From the NCBI GenBank assembly GCA_963736005.1, contig CAVTNB010000001.1, positions 1,248,001-1,312,000 on the forward strand: DNA of 64,000 bases. The letters run 5' to 3'. This document shows, one piece after another, positions 40,065 to 48,031 of the stretch (positions are counted from its first letter, which is position 1; each line of letters starts with the position of its first letter). The position numbers and the translations under genes are program-made. The notes under the pieces are model-generated. The model was not told where the DNA came from. It ran no database searches and was given only the letters and a program-made list of their open reading frames with translations. This DNA comes from an uncultured Pseudomonadota bacterium (GTDB lineage: Bacteria > Vulcanimicrobiota > Vulcanimicrobiia > Eremiobacterales > Eremiobacteraceae).

Positions 40065-40230
40065 TCGATTGCCTTCCTACCTGCGCGCGCTCGAGAAAAT
40101 ATGCAGCAAAGGCGAACCGGTACAGACCGTCGGGGAATTGTTTTTTCATTAGTGCGACGCGTGGGTCATGTGCCAGCTGCGCCTGCGCAACGCTCCAGCC
40201 GTCGCGAATTGCTTCGGCAACTGTTTTCAC
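40048..40230 (-). CDS. Small hypothetical protein (60 aa) overlapping the crp-like start
   Basis: GGGAG SD before GTG; overlaps the next start. Confidence 0.35.
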   Translation of the reverse strand: MKTVAEAIRDGWSVAQAQLAHDPRVALMKKQFPDGLYRFAFAAYFLERAQVGRQSNEGRD

Positions 40231-40492
40231 TTGAGACTCCCTGAATCAGAGAGAGCACGTGCTTCAGGTCTGCAATTACCGCTACCGCGTAATTTGGAGA
40301 CCTTGCCAGGCGCTCTCTAATGCGGAACCATCCGCCGATCAACTGTGCCGATACGATTGTAACGCGAGAGTGTCTCGGGGGTCGGAACTCTGTCGGCGAA
40401 AGCTGTGAATTTTGCACGAAGACAACAAGTGTGACGTGCGTCCGGAGCGGTTACATTCCGCCAAAGGCTTGTGCTAGCAACGAGAAAGATAA

Positions 40493-40524
40493 TAAGCCGA
40501 CGGTCAGAGTTGAAGTGACGACCC
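40493..40524 (-). repeat. att-like duplicate of the tRNA-Thr 3' end
   Basis: TAAGCCGACGGTCAGAGTTGAAGTGACGACCC matches 43170-43201 at 31 of 32 positions. Confidence 0.9.
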
Positions 40525-40623
40525 TCGAGTCCTGGCGATCTTTACTTGGTACTACTTGGGTGTTGACGACGTAGGGCCGGACCAATTCGCTACCTAACGG
40601 ATTGCTGCGGGAGGTGACACCGT

Positions 40624-40947
40624 ATGTCTCTTCGCGCATTCTTGCTTTGGATCGTCAGCCTCCTAGTTTTAGTCATAGTGGTCTTCCAATCAATTTCAGC
40701 CGACGTTGCAAAACCTGTGTTCACCTTTGACGGACGTTGATGGCAGAAATAGTCGCCCGAGACGAAAGAAATGGCGATTTTGAACATGATCGATGCAGTG
40801 CGGTACGGGTACCTCGGCGGATACGTACGTGGAGTTCAGGACGCCCTAGAACTCTCGCCGACTCAGAAGTCAGCTCCTCCTAGTCTTGCCGATACAATAC
40901 GTAATGTTGTGTCCGTTATGTCACAGCGACGCTCGCTGGCTTTTTAA
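40624..40947 (+). pseudogene. Decayed secreted-protein gene with two in-frame stops
   Basis: SD GGGAGGTG; MSLRAFLLWIVSLLVLVIVVFQSISADVAKPVFTFDGR*WQK*SPETKEMAILNMIDAVRYGYLGGYVRGVQDAL. Confidence 0.55.
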
Positions 40948-41761
40948 CAAGAATGGGTATCAGATTTTATCGTGTGGCGCCTGCCAGCACCGATTCGCTG
41001 CACTTGAATCACCGAATCGAATGAACCATGTCGCGAGCATCTATGGCGATCAGTACTTTTTTGGCGGTGGGGCCGGCTACCCTGATTATCTTGTGGAAGC
41101 GGAGAGTCTCCGCGACCGGGGGCGCCGCTACGGCCGTCTTTTGCGGCGATATAGGACATGTGGAGCTCTTCTCGATGTCGGCAGCGCAGCCGGTTTTATC
41201 CTTCAGGGCCTTTGTGACATCGGCTGGCACGGCGAAGGCATTGAACCAAATAATACCATGGCCGAGCATGCTAGGCGTGAGTTTGGGTTTCCGGTAAAGA
41301 CTTCACTGCTGGAAGAATTAGAAGACGTCGGTCGCTACGATGCGGTGACGATGATTCAAGTAATCGCTCATTTCGTAGATCCGAGCGACGCATTGCGGCG
41401 TGTCGCTCGCGCAACCAAAGTCGGTGGTTTATGTCTGATCGAAACCTGGAACTGGAGGAGCGTAACGGCGCGTATTTTCGGCAGAGCGTGGCACGAATAT
41501 AGCCCACCGAGCGTGGTCCATTGGTTTTCTCCGGAAAGACTAGTTCGTCTCGCCGCCGATCTCAACTACGAGATGGTGTCAACCGGCAAGGTCTCCAAAT
41601 GGATAGGGCGCCGCCATGCACAGTCTCTGATCAGACACGCGTTCGACAATTCGAGAATCGGTGACGCGCTGGCCAACGTGCTGAGTGTGATTCCCAGCAA
41701 TGTTGCTCTTCTCTATCCCGGAGATGATCTGTTTTGGATGTTGCTGCGCAAGCACCATTGA
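40904..41761 (+). CDS. Class I SAM-dependent methyltransferase with an N-terminal Zn ribbon
   Basis: CPLC...CGAC, LLDVGSAAG, YDAVTMIQVIAH. Confidence 0.88.
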   Translation: MLCPLCHSDARWLFNKNGYQILSCGACQHRFAALESPNRMNHVASIYGDQYFFGGGAGYPDYLVEAESLRDRGRRYGRLLRRYRTCGALLDVGSAAGFILQGLCDIGWHGEGIEPNNTMAEHARREFGFPVKTSLLEELEDVGRYDAVTMIQVIAHFVDPSDALRRVARATKVGGLCLIETWNWRSVTARIFGRAWHEYSPPSVVHWFSPERLVRLAADLNYEMVSTGKVSKWIGRRHAQSLIRHAFDNSRIGDALANVLSVIPSNVALLYPGDDLFWMLLRKHH

Positions 41762-41953
41762 CGACCAATTTCAACAATGGAGAGCGTGTTGCCGGTAAAG
41801 TGCGTGCGGCCTTTCACTTCAGATAAGCTCGCAAAGTCGCCCCGCCACTTAATTCGGCTTGGCCTCACCGCTTTTTCGTTCCGTGGCGGCTGCTTCAGAC
41901 CAGCGTAGGTCAAAGTGCGCAGCTATAAGAATCCAACCATTCCGGAGGTGCGC

Positions 41954-43048
41954 ATGGTCAACCCCAAGCGAGTTGGCATTGCATGTTTGGCGCTCGTTCT
42001 GCTTCTCACGCATTTTTCGATTGCAGCGGCAGTACAGAACGAACAGTCGTCCACGACTAGCGCTCCAGTACCGAGTGGGCTCGTTGTTGTTATGGCGAAC
42101 AAGCCGCAAAGCCCGCTGGATTTGCGACCCTTTGATAATCCCTACATCAGCGGCGTGGCGTTGCAAATTCATTGGAGTGACATCGAGCCGGTCGAAGGCA
42201 AACCCGATTGGTCGAAGCTGGACGCACTATTCGCCGCCGCACAGACATCAAAGAAATGGGTTCACCTCGTGATCTTTCCTGGGTTTTTCACGCCTTCATG
42301 GGCGTTACAAGGCGTAAAAACAGAACAGTTCGCAATCCAATATGGACCAGGCCATGGCACAGTCCTCCCACTCCCGATGCCCTGGGATGAGCTGTACCTT
42401 AGCCGTTGGTTCGCATTCCTATCTCTGGTGAGCGCCAGGTATGGAAACGCGCCCGCTTTTCGGATGATCGCCGCAGACGGACCGACATCGGTTTCTGAGG
42501 AGGGCACATTACCAAACTCGCGCAGCGATCTGACGAAGTGGCAAGCTCTCGGGTATACGTCTTCCAAATTAACTGGGGCATGGCAGAAGGTCTTGCGAGT
42601 CTATTCCAACGATTTTCCACATCAGTACGTTTCGCTCGCGGCGGGACCCACGAGGCAAGCCATCGTGGACGACGCGATAACCGCCTTGGGACGCCGATTC
42701 GCGCTCCAATCGAACGATGTGCATGCAGGGCCCGGCCCTAATGGCTCCAACTCGGAACAAGAAGATGAATTCGTCTTGGGTTATAATGGGCGCGTCATTA
42801 CCGGTCTTGAAATGCGCGGTGCTGCCGAGGGCGCTAGCAGGGTGATGGGCGCTCAAGGAGACCCTCCTCAAGCGTTAAGAAAATCGATCAATATCGCTAT
42901 GAAACCGAACGCCAACGATCAGCATATCACTTATCTGGAAATTTCCAAACCGGACGTGATTGCACAGGAAATGCAATCGGTGCTACGCGATGCAGCGTCA
43001 TTATTCGGGACCTCGGCCCCCGTCCGCGAACCGTCTACACAGAAGTAG
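41954..43048 (+). CDS. Secreted glycoside-hydrolase-like (TIM barrel) protein
   Basis: SD GGAGGTG; signal peptide; WSDIEPVEGKPDWSKLD and P.W patterns resembling GH42/GH35-type N-termini. Confidence 0.7.
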   Translation: MVNPKRVGIACLALVLLLTHFSIAAAVQNEQSSTTSAPVPSGLVVVMANKPQSPLDLRPFDNPYISGVALQIHWSDIEPVEGKPDWSKLDALFAAAQTSKKWVHLVIFPGFFTPSWALQGVKTEQFAIQYGPGHGTVLPLPMPWDELYLSRWFAFLSLVSARYGNAPAFRMIAADGPTSVSEEGTLPNSRSDLTKWQALGYTSSKLTGAWQKVLRVYSNDFPHQYVSLAAGPTRQAIVDDAITALGRRFALQSNDVHAGPGPNGSNSEQEDEFVLGYNGRVITGLEMRGAAEGASRVMGAQGDPPQALRKSINIAMKPNANDQHITYLEISKPDVIAQEMQSVLRDAASLFGTSAPVREPSTQK

Positions 43049-43171
43049 CTAAGCTTGTAGTCGAAGGCTCTATGTGTGACCTGCAGCCAGGGGTAGATTC
43101 GCGCTATTGAGATCGCCCGCTAAACGCAGGCCTGATGGGTCAAAGCTTTCTGAAATAAGGCGAAGATTGTA

Positions 43172-43243
43172 AGCCGACGGTCAGAGTTGAACTGACGACC
43201 CGCGGTTTACGAAACCGCTGCTCTACCACTGAGCTACGTCGGC
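43172..43243 (-). tRNA. tRNA-Thr(CGT)
   Basis: GCCGACGTAGCTCAGTGGTAGAGCAGCGGTTTCGTAAACCGCGGGTCGTCAGTTCAACTCTGACCGTCGGCT; cloverleaf with anticodon CGT; CCA not encoded. Confidence 0.96.
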
Positions 43244-43463
43244 GTATCTTCTGCGAAAGCTTATCTCGTAATGATTCGTGTTATTTATCCACGTCTTGAC
43301 ATCATTCGATTCTGAGTCTGTTGTCACGAACGACTCCAAGACAGGCTGGAAAAATTGGTTCTCACAGTTATTACGACGCGCCTGCCAGAGATTGCTGGAG
43401 CACGCCCAGCTGTGTCTTCAGCAGATGGTATCTAGTGCCGTAGACGCGTATGATTGTATCATG

Positions 43464-43614
43464 CCCGAGGATTGCGGCAGTGTGGTGATCGGCACGCTGA
43501 CTAAGCGACGATCATACCTCAGGTTATTTCCTCGTCGTTTTGACGAGGGCGCTCTTAGGTTGGATCGTCGTCAAAGTTGGTGACGCGAGGGCCACGCCCC
43601 CGTAAATCTGCGGG
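43464..43614 (+). ncRNA. Candidate ~150-nt rod-shaped structured RNA (6S-like or novel)
   Basis: End-to-end imperfect hairpin with about 10 G-U pairs on +; TATGAT -10-like box at 43449-43454. Confidence 0.55.
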
Positions 43615-43648
43615 AGGACGTCTTCCGCCGCCCAGAGCGTGCTGTAAA

Positions 43649-44293
43649 TCAGTGCGCCGGAAGCAGTAACCGCGTGAGTCGCGACGCGACTGGGTTCCTG
43701 AGAGACGCGAAGAGCACGACGATGAGAATGGTCACGACCGCGCCCGCCTGATGGTTGGGTATCATCGCGCCCACAACGGCGAGTCCGATGGAAGAGAGGG
43801 TCGTTTCATACGTTAGGCCGACGCCCCAGCGCATCGCCTTGGTGTCGAGTTCATGCCGTCCTTCCCAAATGCCAATAGCGTACATTCCTGCGAGTAACGC
43901 AAAGTTCACCGCCATGAAAGCCAACCAAAGCCGCAGTGGCAGGGCCGAGTGGACTCCCGTGGCCGCGAAATGGACGGTGACTTGCTGAAAGTAAATGCAA
44001 TAGACGAGCGACCCCAACAAGACAAAGTTCATTACGATTGTGGCCGCGTTCGCGCGAAAATACGTAAGGAAGAGCTTGTGATGCCACCACCAAATCAGCG
44101 CGATCAGCACAAACGCAAGCGCAAACACATTGAGATTCGCCCACGAGGAAGCAAGCCCGGCTATATTGTTAGGGATCACTAGGCTAAACCCGAGCTCGGC
44201 CATACAGAAGCCTATGACGATGTCAGAAAACGCTTCAAGGCGATGGGTCGTCCGTTCGTCGCGGTCGGCTATGCCATACCTCCCGTATACCAC
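43649..44293 (-). CDS. TMEM175/DUF1211 family membrane protein (putative K+ channel)
   Basis: RLEAFSD signature, WWWHH, about 6 TM helices. Confidence 0.8.
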   Translation of the reverse strand: MVYGRYGIADRDERTTHRLEAFSDIVIGFCMAELGFSLVIPNNIAGLASSWANLNVFALAFVLIALIWWWHHKLFLTYFRANAATIVMNFVLLGSLVYCIYFQQVTVHFAATGVHSALPLRLWLAFMAVNFALLAGMYAIGIWEGRHELDTKAMRWGVGLTYETTLSSIGLAVVGAMIPNHQAGAVVTILIVVLFASLRNPVASRLTRLLLPAH

Positions 44294-44295
44294 GG

Positions 44296-45645
44296 TTAGA
44301 ATTCTGTGTGTTCTGTGTCCAGATCGGAGAATGACGTGAAGCGCTTGTCAAAGCGCAGTTGCACCAACCCCGTGGGACCATTGCGCTGCTTAGCAATGTT
44401 GATCTCCGCAATGTTCTCGTTTTCCGGCGTGGGCGGATTGTAATATTCGTCGCGATAGATGAACGCGACCACATCAGCTTCTTGCTCGATGCCGCCAGAC
44501 TCGCGCAAGTCAGACAGCATCGGTCGTTTGTCGTTGCGTGACTCAGGTGAGCGGTTCAATTGGGCCAGCGCCATGACGGGGACTTTGAGCTCTTTTGCCA
44601 GCGCTTTGAGATTTCGGCAGATTTCATCGATGATCTCCACGCGATTAGTGATGCGCGCGTTGGTGGAGCGGAGCAACTGCAAATAATCGATGATGATGAG
44701 GTCGAGACCGGTTGTGGCGGCAAGCCGGCGCGAGCGCGAGCGAACTTCGCTGACGGTGAGCGCAGCGGAATCGTCGACAAAAATGGGCACTTCAGCAAGC
44801 ACTCCCATGGCGCGGGTGATCTCGCCCCATTCCTTGTCCTTAATGTTGCCTGTGCGCAGGCTCTGGGCATCGATGTGCGCCTCCATGCTCAAGAAGCGCT
44901 GCACCAGTTGGTCGTTGCTCATTTCCAAAGAAAAGAGCGCCACGTGCTTGGATGCACCTTTGGCGGCGTTCATCGCGATATTCAAGCACAACGACGTCTT
45001 GCCCATCGAGGGGCGCGCCGCAATAATGATCAGTTCGCCTGGTTGGAAGCCGGTGGTGAACTGATCGAGCCGATTGAAGCCCGATGGAACGCCTGTCACC
45101 GTACCCCGCTGGTGATAAAGTGTATCGATGCGTTCGAACGCCGGTTTGAGCAAGTCACGCACGAGCGTGAACCCACCGGACGAGCGCCGGCCGATTTCGA
45201 AAATCATCTGCTCGCAATGGTCGACGGCTTCGTCGACGTTTTCCGGCTGCTCGAAGGCGATATTGGAAATGCGGCCGCCTGCGGTGATCAGCGATCGCAG
45301 CACCGATTTTTCGGCAACAACTTTCGCGTAGTATTCTGCCGAAGCAGCGGTAGGCACGGTGTTGAGCAACTGGCCGATAAAATCTCCACCGCCCACCTCC
45401 TCCAACAACTTGCGCCGCCGCAACTCTTCAGACACCGAAACTTTGTCCACCGGCTCGCCGCGCTCGTAGAGCGAGATGATCGCATCGTAGACGGTGGCGT
45501 GGTGAGGCGCGTAGAAGTCCGATTTTTGGACGATCTCGCTGACGATCGGCACCAAGTCCCGATCCACCATGAGCGAACCCAAGATGGCCTGTTCGGCCTC
45601 GAGGTTTTGTGGAGGGATGCGGTCGATTGCCGCTGTCATCAACAT
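44296..45645 (-). CDS. dnaB: Replicative DNA helicase
   Basis: PPQNLEAEQA, AARPSMGKT, FSLEM, IDYLQL, LSDLRESG, KQRNGP. Confidence 0.97.
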   Translation of the reverse strand: MLMTAAIDRIPPQNLEAEQAILGSLMVDRDLVPIVSEIVQKSDFYAPHHATVYDAIISLYERGEPVDKVSVSEELRRRKLLEEVGGGDFIGQLLNTVPTAASAEYYAKVVAEKSVLRSLITAGGRISNIAFEQPENVDEAVDHCEQMIFEIGRRSSGGFTLVRDLLKPAFERIDTLYHQRGTVTGVPSGFNRLDQFTTGFQPGELIIIAARPSMGKTSLCLNIAMNAAKGASKHVALFSLEMSNDQLVQRFLSMEAHIDAQSLRTGNIKDKEWGEITRAMGVLAEVPIFVDDSAALTVSEVRSRSRRLAATTGLDLIIIDYLQLLRSTNARITNRVEIIDEICRNLKALAKELKVPVMALAQLNRSPESRNDKRPMLSDLRESGGIEQEADVVAFIYRDEYYNPPTPENENIAEINIAKQRNGPTGLVQLRFDKRFTSFSDLDTEHTEF

Positions 45646-45674
45646 GACGGGTGAACGCGCCTCCGTTTTTTGCC

Positions 45675-46124
45675 TTATTCCGCGGTCACTCGGACCGTAA
45701 TTTTTGCCGTGACGCCTTGCGCCAGCCGAACCACGCAAAGGTGGTCGCCGGTCGTTTTGATAGGCTCGCTCAGTTCAATCTTGTGGCGATCGATGTCGAC
45801 GCCCAACGTTGTCCGAAGCGCGTCGGCAATCTGCGCGTTGGTCACAGCACCAAAGATCTTCCCCCGCTCGCCTGCCTTCGCTTTGACGATGGCTGGGCTG
45901 CTCGTCAGTCGAGCGGCCAGTTCATGCGCCTCAGCCACGAGCTTTTCATCGCGGCGTACCTCCGCGGCTTTGCGCGCTGAGGCCTGCTGAAGGTTCCCCT
46001 GAGTCGCCTCCTGCGCAAGTCCTCTCGGCAAGAGGTAGTTACGGGCGTACCCATCGGAAACATCGGTGATCATGCCCGCCTTGCCGACGCCTTTGAGATC
46101 GGCGCGCAGGATGACTTTCACCAC
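45675..46124 (-). CDS. rplI: 50S ribosomal protein L9
   Basis: [19 protein letters not shown]. Confidence 0.97.
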   Translation of the reverse strand: MVKVILRADLKGVGKAGMITDVSDGYARNYLLPRGLAQEATQGNLQQASARKAAEVRRDEKLVAEAHELAARLTSSPAIVKAKAGERGKIFGAVTNAQIADALRTTLGVDIDRHKIELSEPIKTTGDHLCVVRLAQGVTAKITVRVTAE

Positions 46125-46385
46125 TTACTCCGCGGTGAATGGGAGCAAGGCAATGACTCGGGCGCGTTTGACCGCCTCGGTGAGCCAACGCTGGTGCTTG
46201 GCGCAGTTGCCCGAGATCCTGCGTGGGACGATTTTGCCCCGCTCGGTGACGTATTTGCGCAGGCGCGGCGTGTCTTTGTAATCAAGCGCGGTCAGTTTCT
46301 CGAAGCACATGCTACAGGATTTGCGCTTTGGCTTGCGATCCTTCGTGACTTTGCGTTTGGGCCGTGTGGTTTTCTTCGGTGACAT
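46125..46385 (-). CDS. rpsR: 30S ribosomal protein S18 (Zn-binding form)
   Basis: [26 protein letters not shown]. Confidence 0.97.
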   Translation of the reverse strand: MSPKKTTRPKRKVTKDRKPKRKSCSMCFEKLTALDYKDTPRLRKYVTERGKIVPRRISGNCAKHQRWLTEAVKRARVIALLPFTAE

Positions 46386-46400
46386 GTGGTTCCTTATCGC

Positions 46401-46841
46401 CTAGAAGGGGACTTCTTCATCGGCCGGGTTATATTCGTACTCCGGAAGATCGGATGGGGCGGCAGCCGCACCGCCGGCATTGCTTGCGCTCCGTGGCGCT
46501 GCGCCCTCCCCTGTGGGTCGCGCATCGAGCATTTGAAAATCATCGGCCACCACGTCGACGGCCGTGCGCTTGTTATTCTCGCGATCGGTGTACTCGCGAA
46601 TTTGCACGCGGCCGGAAATGAGCACGAGTCGCCCCTTGGTCAGGAATTCAGCGGCGCGCTCGGCGCGCTGGCGCCAAATGCTGACGCCAAAGAAATCCGT
46701 TTGCCGCTCCCCGTCGCGGCTCTTGGGCCGATCGACCGCGATGCGAAATGACGTCACGGGAACCCCGCTCTGAGTTTGCCGGAGTTCTGGATCGGCCACG
46801 AGCCGGCCGACGAGCACGATATGGTTATACGAACCAGCCAC
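46401..46841 (-). CDS. ssb: Single-stranded DNA-binding protein
   Basis: LVGRLVADPELR and acidic tail DEEVPF. Confidence 0.96.
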   Translation of the reverse strand: MAGSYNHIVLVGRLVADPELRQTQSGVPVTSFRIAVDRPKSRDGERQTDFFGVSIWRQRAERAAEFLTKGRLVLISGRVQIREYTDRENNKRTAVDVVADDFQMLDARPTGEGAAPRSASNAGGAAAAPSDLPEYEYNPADEEVPF

Positions 46842-46864
46842 TGTGAACCTCGCTTTACGGATAT

Positions 46865-46918
46865 GGGGCGATTTTCCAATCGCCCCCTACATGGGCGACT
46901 TGACAGTCGCCCGCTACA
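46865..46918 (-). repeat. Two REP family C/C' elements between rpsF and ssb
   Basis: On -: TGTAGCGGGCGACTGTCAAGTCGCCC-A-TGTAGGGGGCGATTGGAAAATCGCCCC; the first GTAG contains the rpsF stop. Confidence 0.8.
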
Positions 46919-47195
46919 ATCTTATGAGCAGTGCGCGCAGGATATCATCGTGCAGACGCATTTGGCGGATGACTTCCTTCGCGGCATCCGGGCTGCCGGC
47001 AAATTTCATGCAGATGTAGTGGCCTTCGCGAACCTTTTTGATTTCGAAGGCAAGATGTTTGCGGCCCATCCGTTCGAGTTCGACGTTTTCGCTACCATTG
47101 CTCTTTGCAACGTCGGCGAAATGCGTGGCGAGCTCGTCCACTTGTGGGTCCTCAAAGGACGGCCGAATGATATACGTTATTTCGTACTGTGACAT
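46914..47195 (-). CDS. rpsF: 30S ribosomal protein S6
   Basis: YEITYIIRP, GRKHLAFEIKK, EGHY; first gene of rpsF-ssb-rpsR. Confidence 0.96.
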   Translation of the reverse strand: MSQYEITYIIRPSFEDPQVDELATHFADVAKSNGSENVELERMGRKHLAFEIKKVREGHYICMKFAGSPDAAKEVIRQMRLHDDILRALLIRL

Positions 47196-47208
47196 GCGCA
47201 GCGCGCTG

Positions 47209-47270
47209 CCTCCCTCTGGGCGTAAGGCTTGTTCACTACCGTGAAGCACGGCGGAACGAGCAGGAAGGAA
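47209..47270 (-). promoter_or_regulatory. Probable S6:S18 ribosomal-protein leader
   Basis: CCUUCCU can pair with SD AGGGAGG and encloses helix GCUCGUUC/GAACAAGC followed by CC. Confidence 0.5.
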
Positions 47271-47300
47271 ATCGGGCATTGATGCCCGGCAAGCCCGGTC

Positions 47301-47330
47301 AGTATATCACACGGAGAATTCGGGTGACAA
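47301..47330 (-). promoter_or_regulatory. Sigma70-type promoter of the rpsF operon
   Basis: TTGTCA-18 nt-TATACT with extended TG. Confidence 0.6.
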
Positions 47331-47427
47331 GGCCGCCATTGTGCATAAGTATGTGTGCTGCGTGTGATTGAGTTGTGCATAGCGGTGGGCATGAAGGAAT
47401 GTTCCTAAAGGAGAATATTCACCGTCT

Positions 47428-48009
47428 ATGCGCGCGTGGCGTTCTTCCTGGCTGGTCTTCGCTCTCTTCGGCTTCGCTCTGCTGATCGTGGCGTTTTCCC
47501 ATCGTTACGGGGTCAAGCAATTCGCGCGAACGCTCGTCTTTGGACAGCAAGCTTCGGGCAGGGCACACTTGAGCCTAGGCGATTCCGTTCCACCGATTAC
47601 CTTCGTCGATCTGCTCGGAGCACGCGCCACCGTCCAAGCCGAGCCGCACCACGTGCTCGTGCTCAATGTTTTTGCGACCTGGTGCCCCGATTGCATCAAG
47701 GAAGCACCTGCCCTGTCGAAGCTTAGGGAGGCCTACGCGGGCAAGCCGGTTGACATCGTTGGGATCGACCAGGACGAGAATCCCGCGGCGGTGCTTCAGT
47801 TCGCGCGCACCTATGGCCTCAATTTTCCTATGTTCATCGACCACCAGCATCAAACTGAAGCCGTTCTTGGCGTTCATTACATTCCGGCCACGTTCGTCGT
47901 CGATAACCGCGGACTCGTTTGGGGCGATGTTGCAGGACCGCTGACGCTGCCTCAAATGAAGCAGCTCGTGCAAACAGGGCTTGCTCATCTCTCCCGAAGT
48001 CCGTTGTAG
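47428..48009 (+). CDS. TlpA/ResA-like thiol-disulfide oxidoreductase
   Basis: N-terminal TM, FATWCPDC, cis-Pro IPATF. Confidence 0.88.
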   Translation: MRAWRSSWLVFALFGFALLIVAFSHRYGVKQFARTLVFGQQASGRAHLSLGDSVPPITFVDLLGARATVQAEPHHVLVLNVFATWCPDCIKEAPALSKLREAYAGKPVDIVGIDQDENPAAVLQFARTYGLNFPMFIDHQHQTEAVLGVHYIPATFVVDNRGLVWGDVAGPLTLPQMKQLVQTGLAHLSRSPL

Positions 48010-48031
48010 TCAGGCGAATTTATTCGCCTGA
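48005..48031 (+). repeat. REP family B containing the stop codons of both convergent genes
   Basis: TGTAGTCAGGCGAATTTATTCGCCTGA: TAG at 48007-48009 (+) and TAA at 48020-48022 (-). Confidence 0.8.

Larger units (their letters stand above)
40493..43201. mobile_element. Small genomic island or remnant integrated at tRNA-Thr; no integrase
   Basis: Bounded by direct repeats of the tRNA 3' end; cargo looks less GC-rich than the flanks. Confidence 0.75.

Noticed and set aside
40404..40445. Crp-binding sites (TGTGA half-sites) upstream of the crp-like gene
   Set aside because: Spacing or second half-site does not match TGTGA-N6-TCACA
40493..40524. Second tRNA-Thr gene
   Set aside because: Only the 3' 30 nt are present and the T-stem is mismatched; it is an att-like remnant
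40738..40752. Selenocysteine or pyrrolysine recoding of the in-frame TGA and TAG
   Set aside because: Context fits Trp and Leu nonsense mutations; no SECIS-like hairpin or catalytic context seen
43278..43583. 101-aa ORF, or a type I toxin within the rod RNA
   Set aside because: No SD, no recognisable motif and not hydrophobic; RNA structure explains the region better
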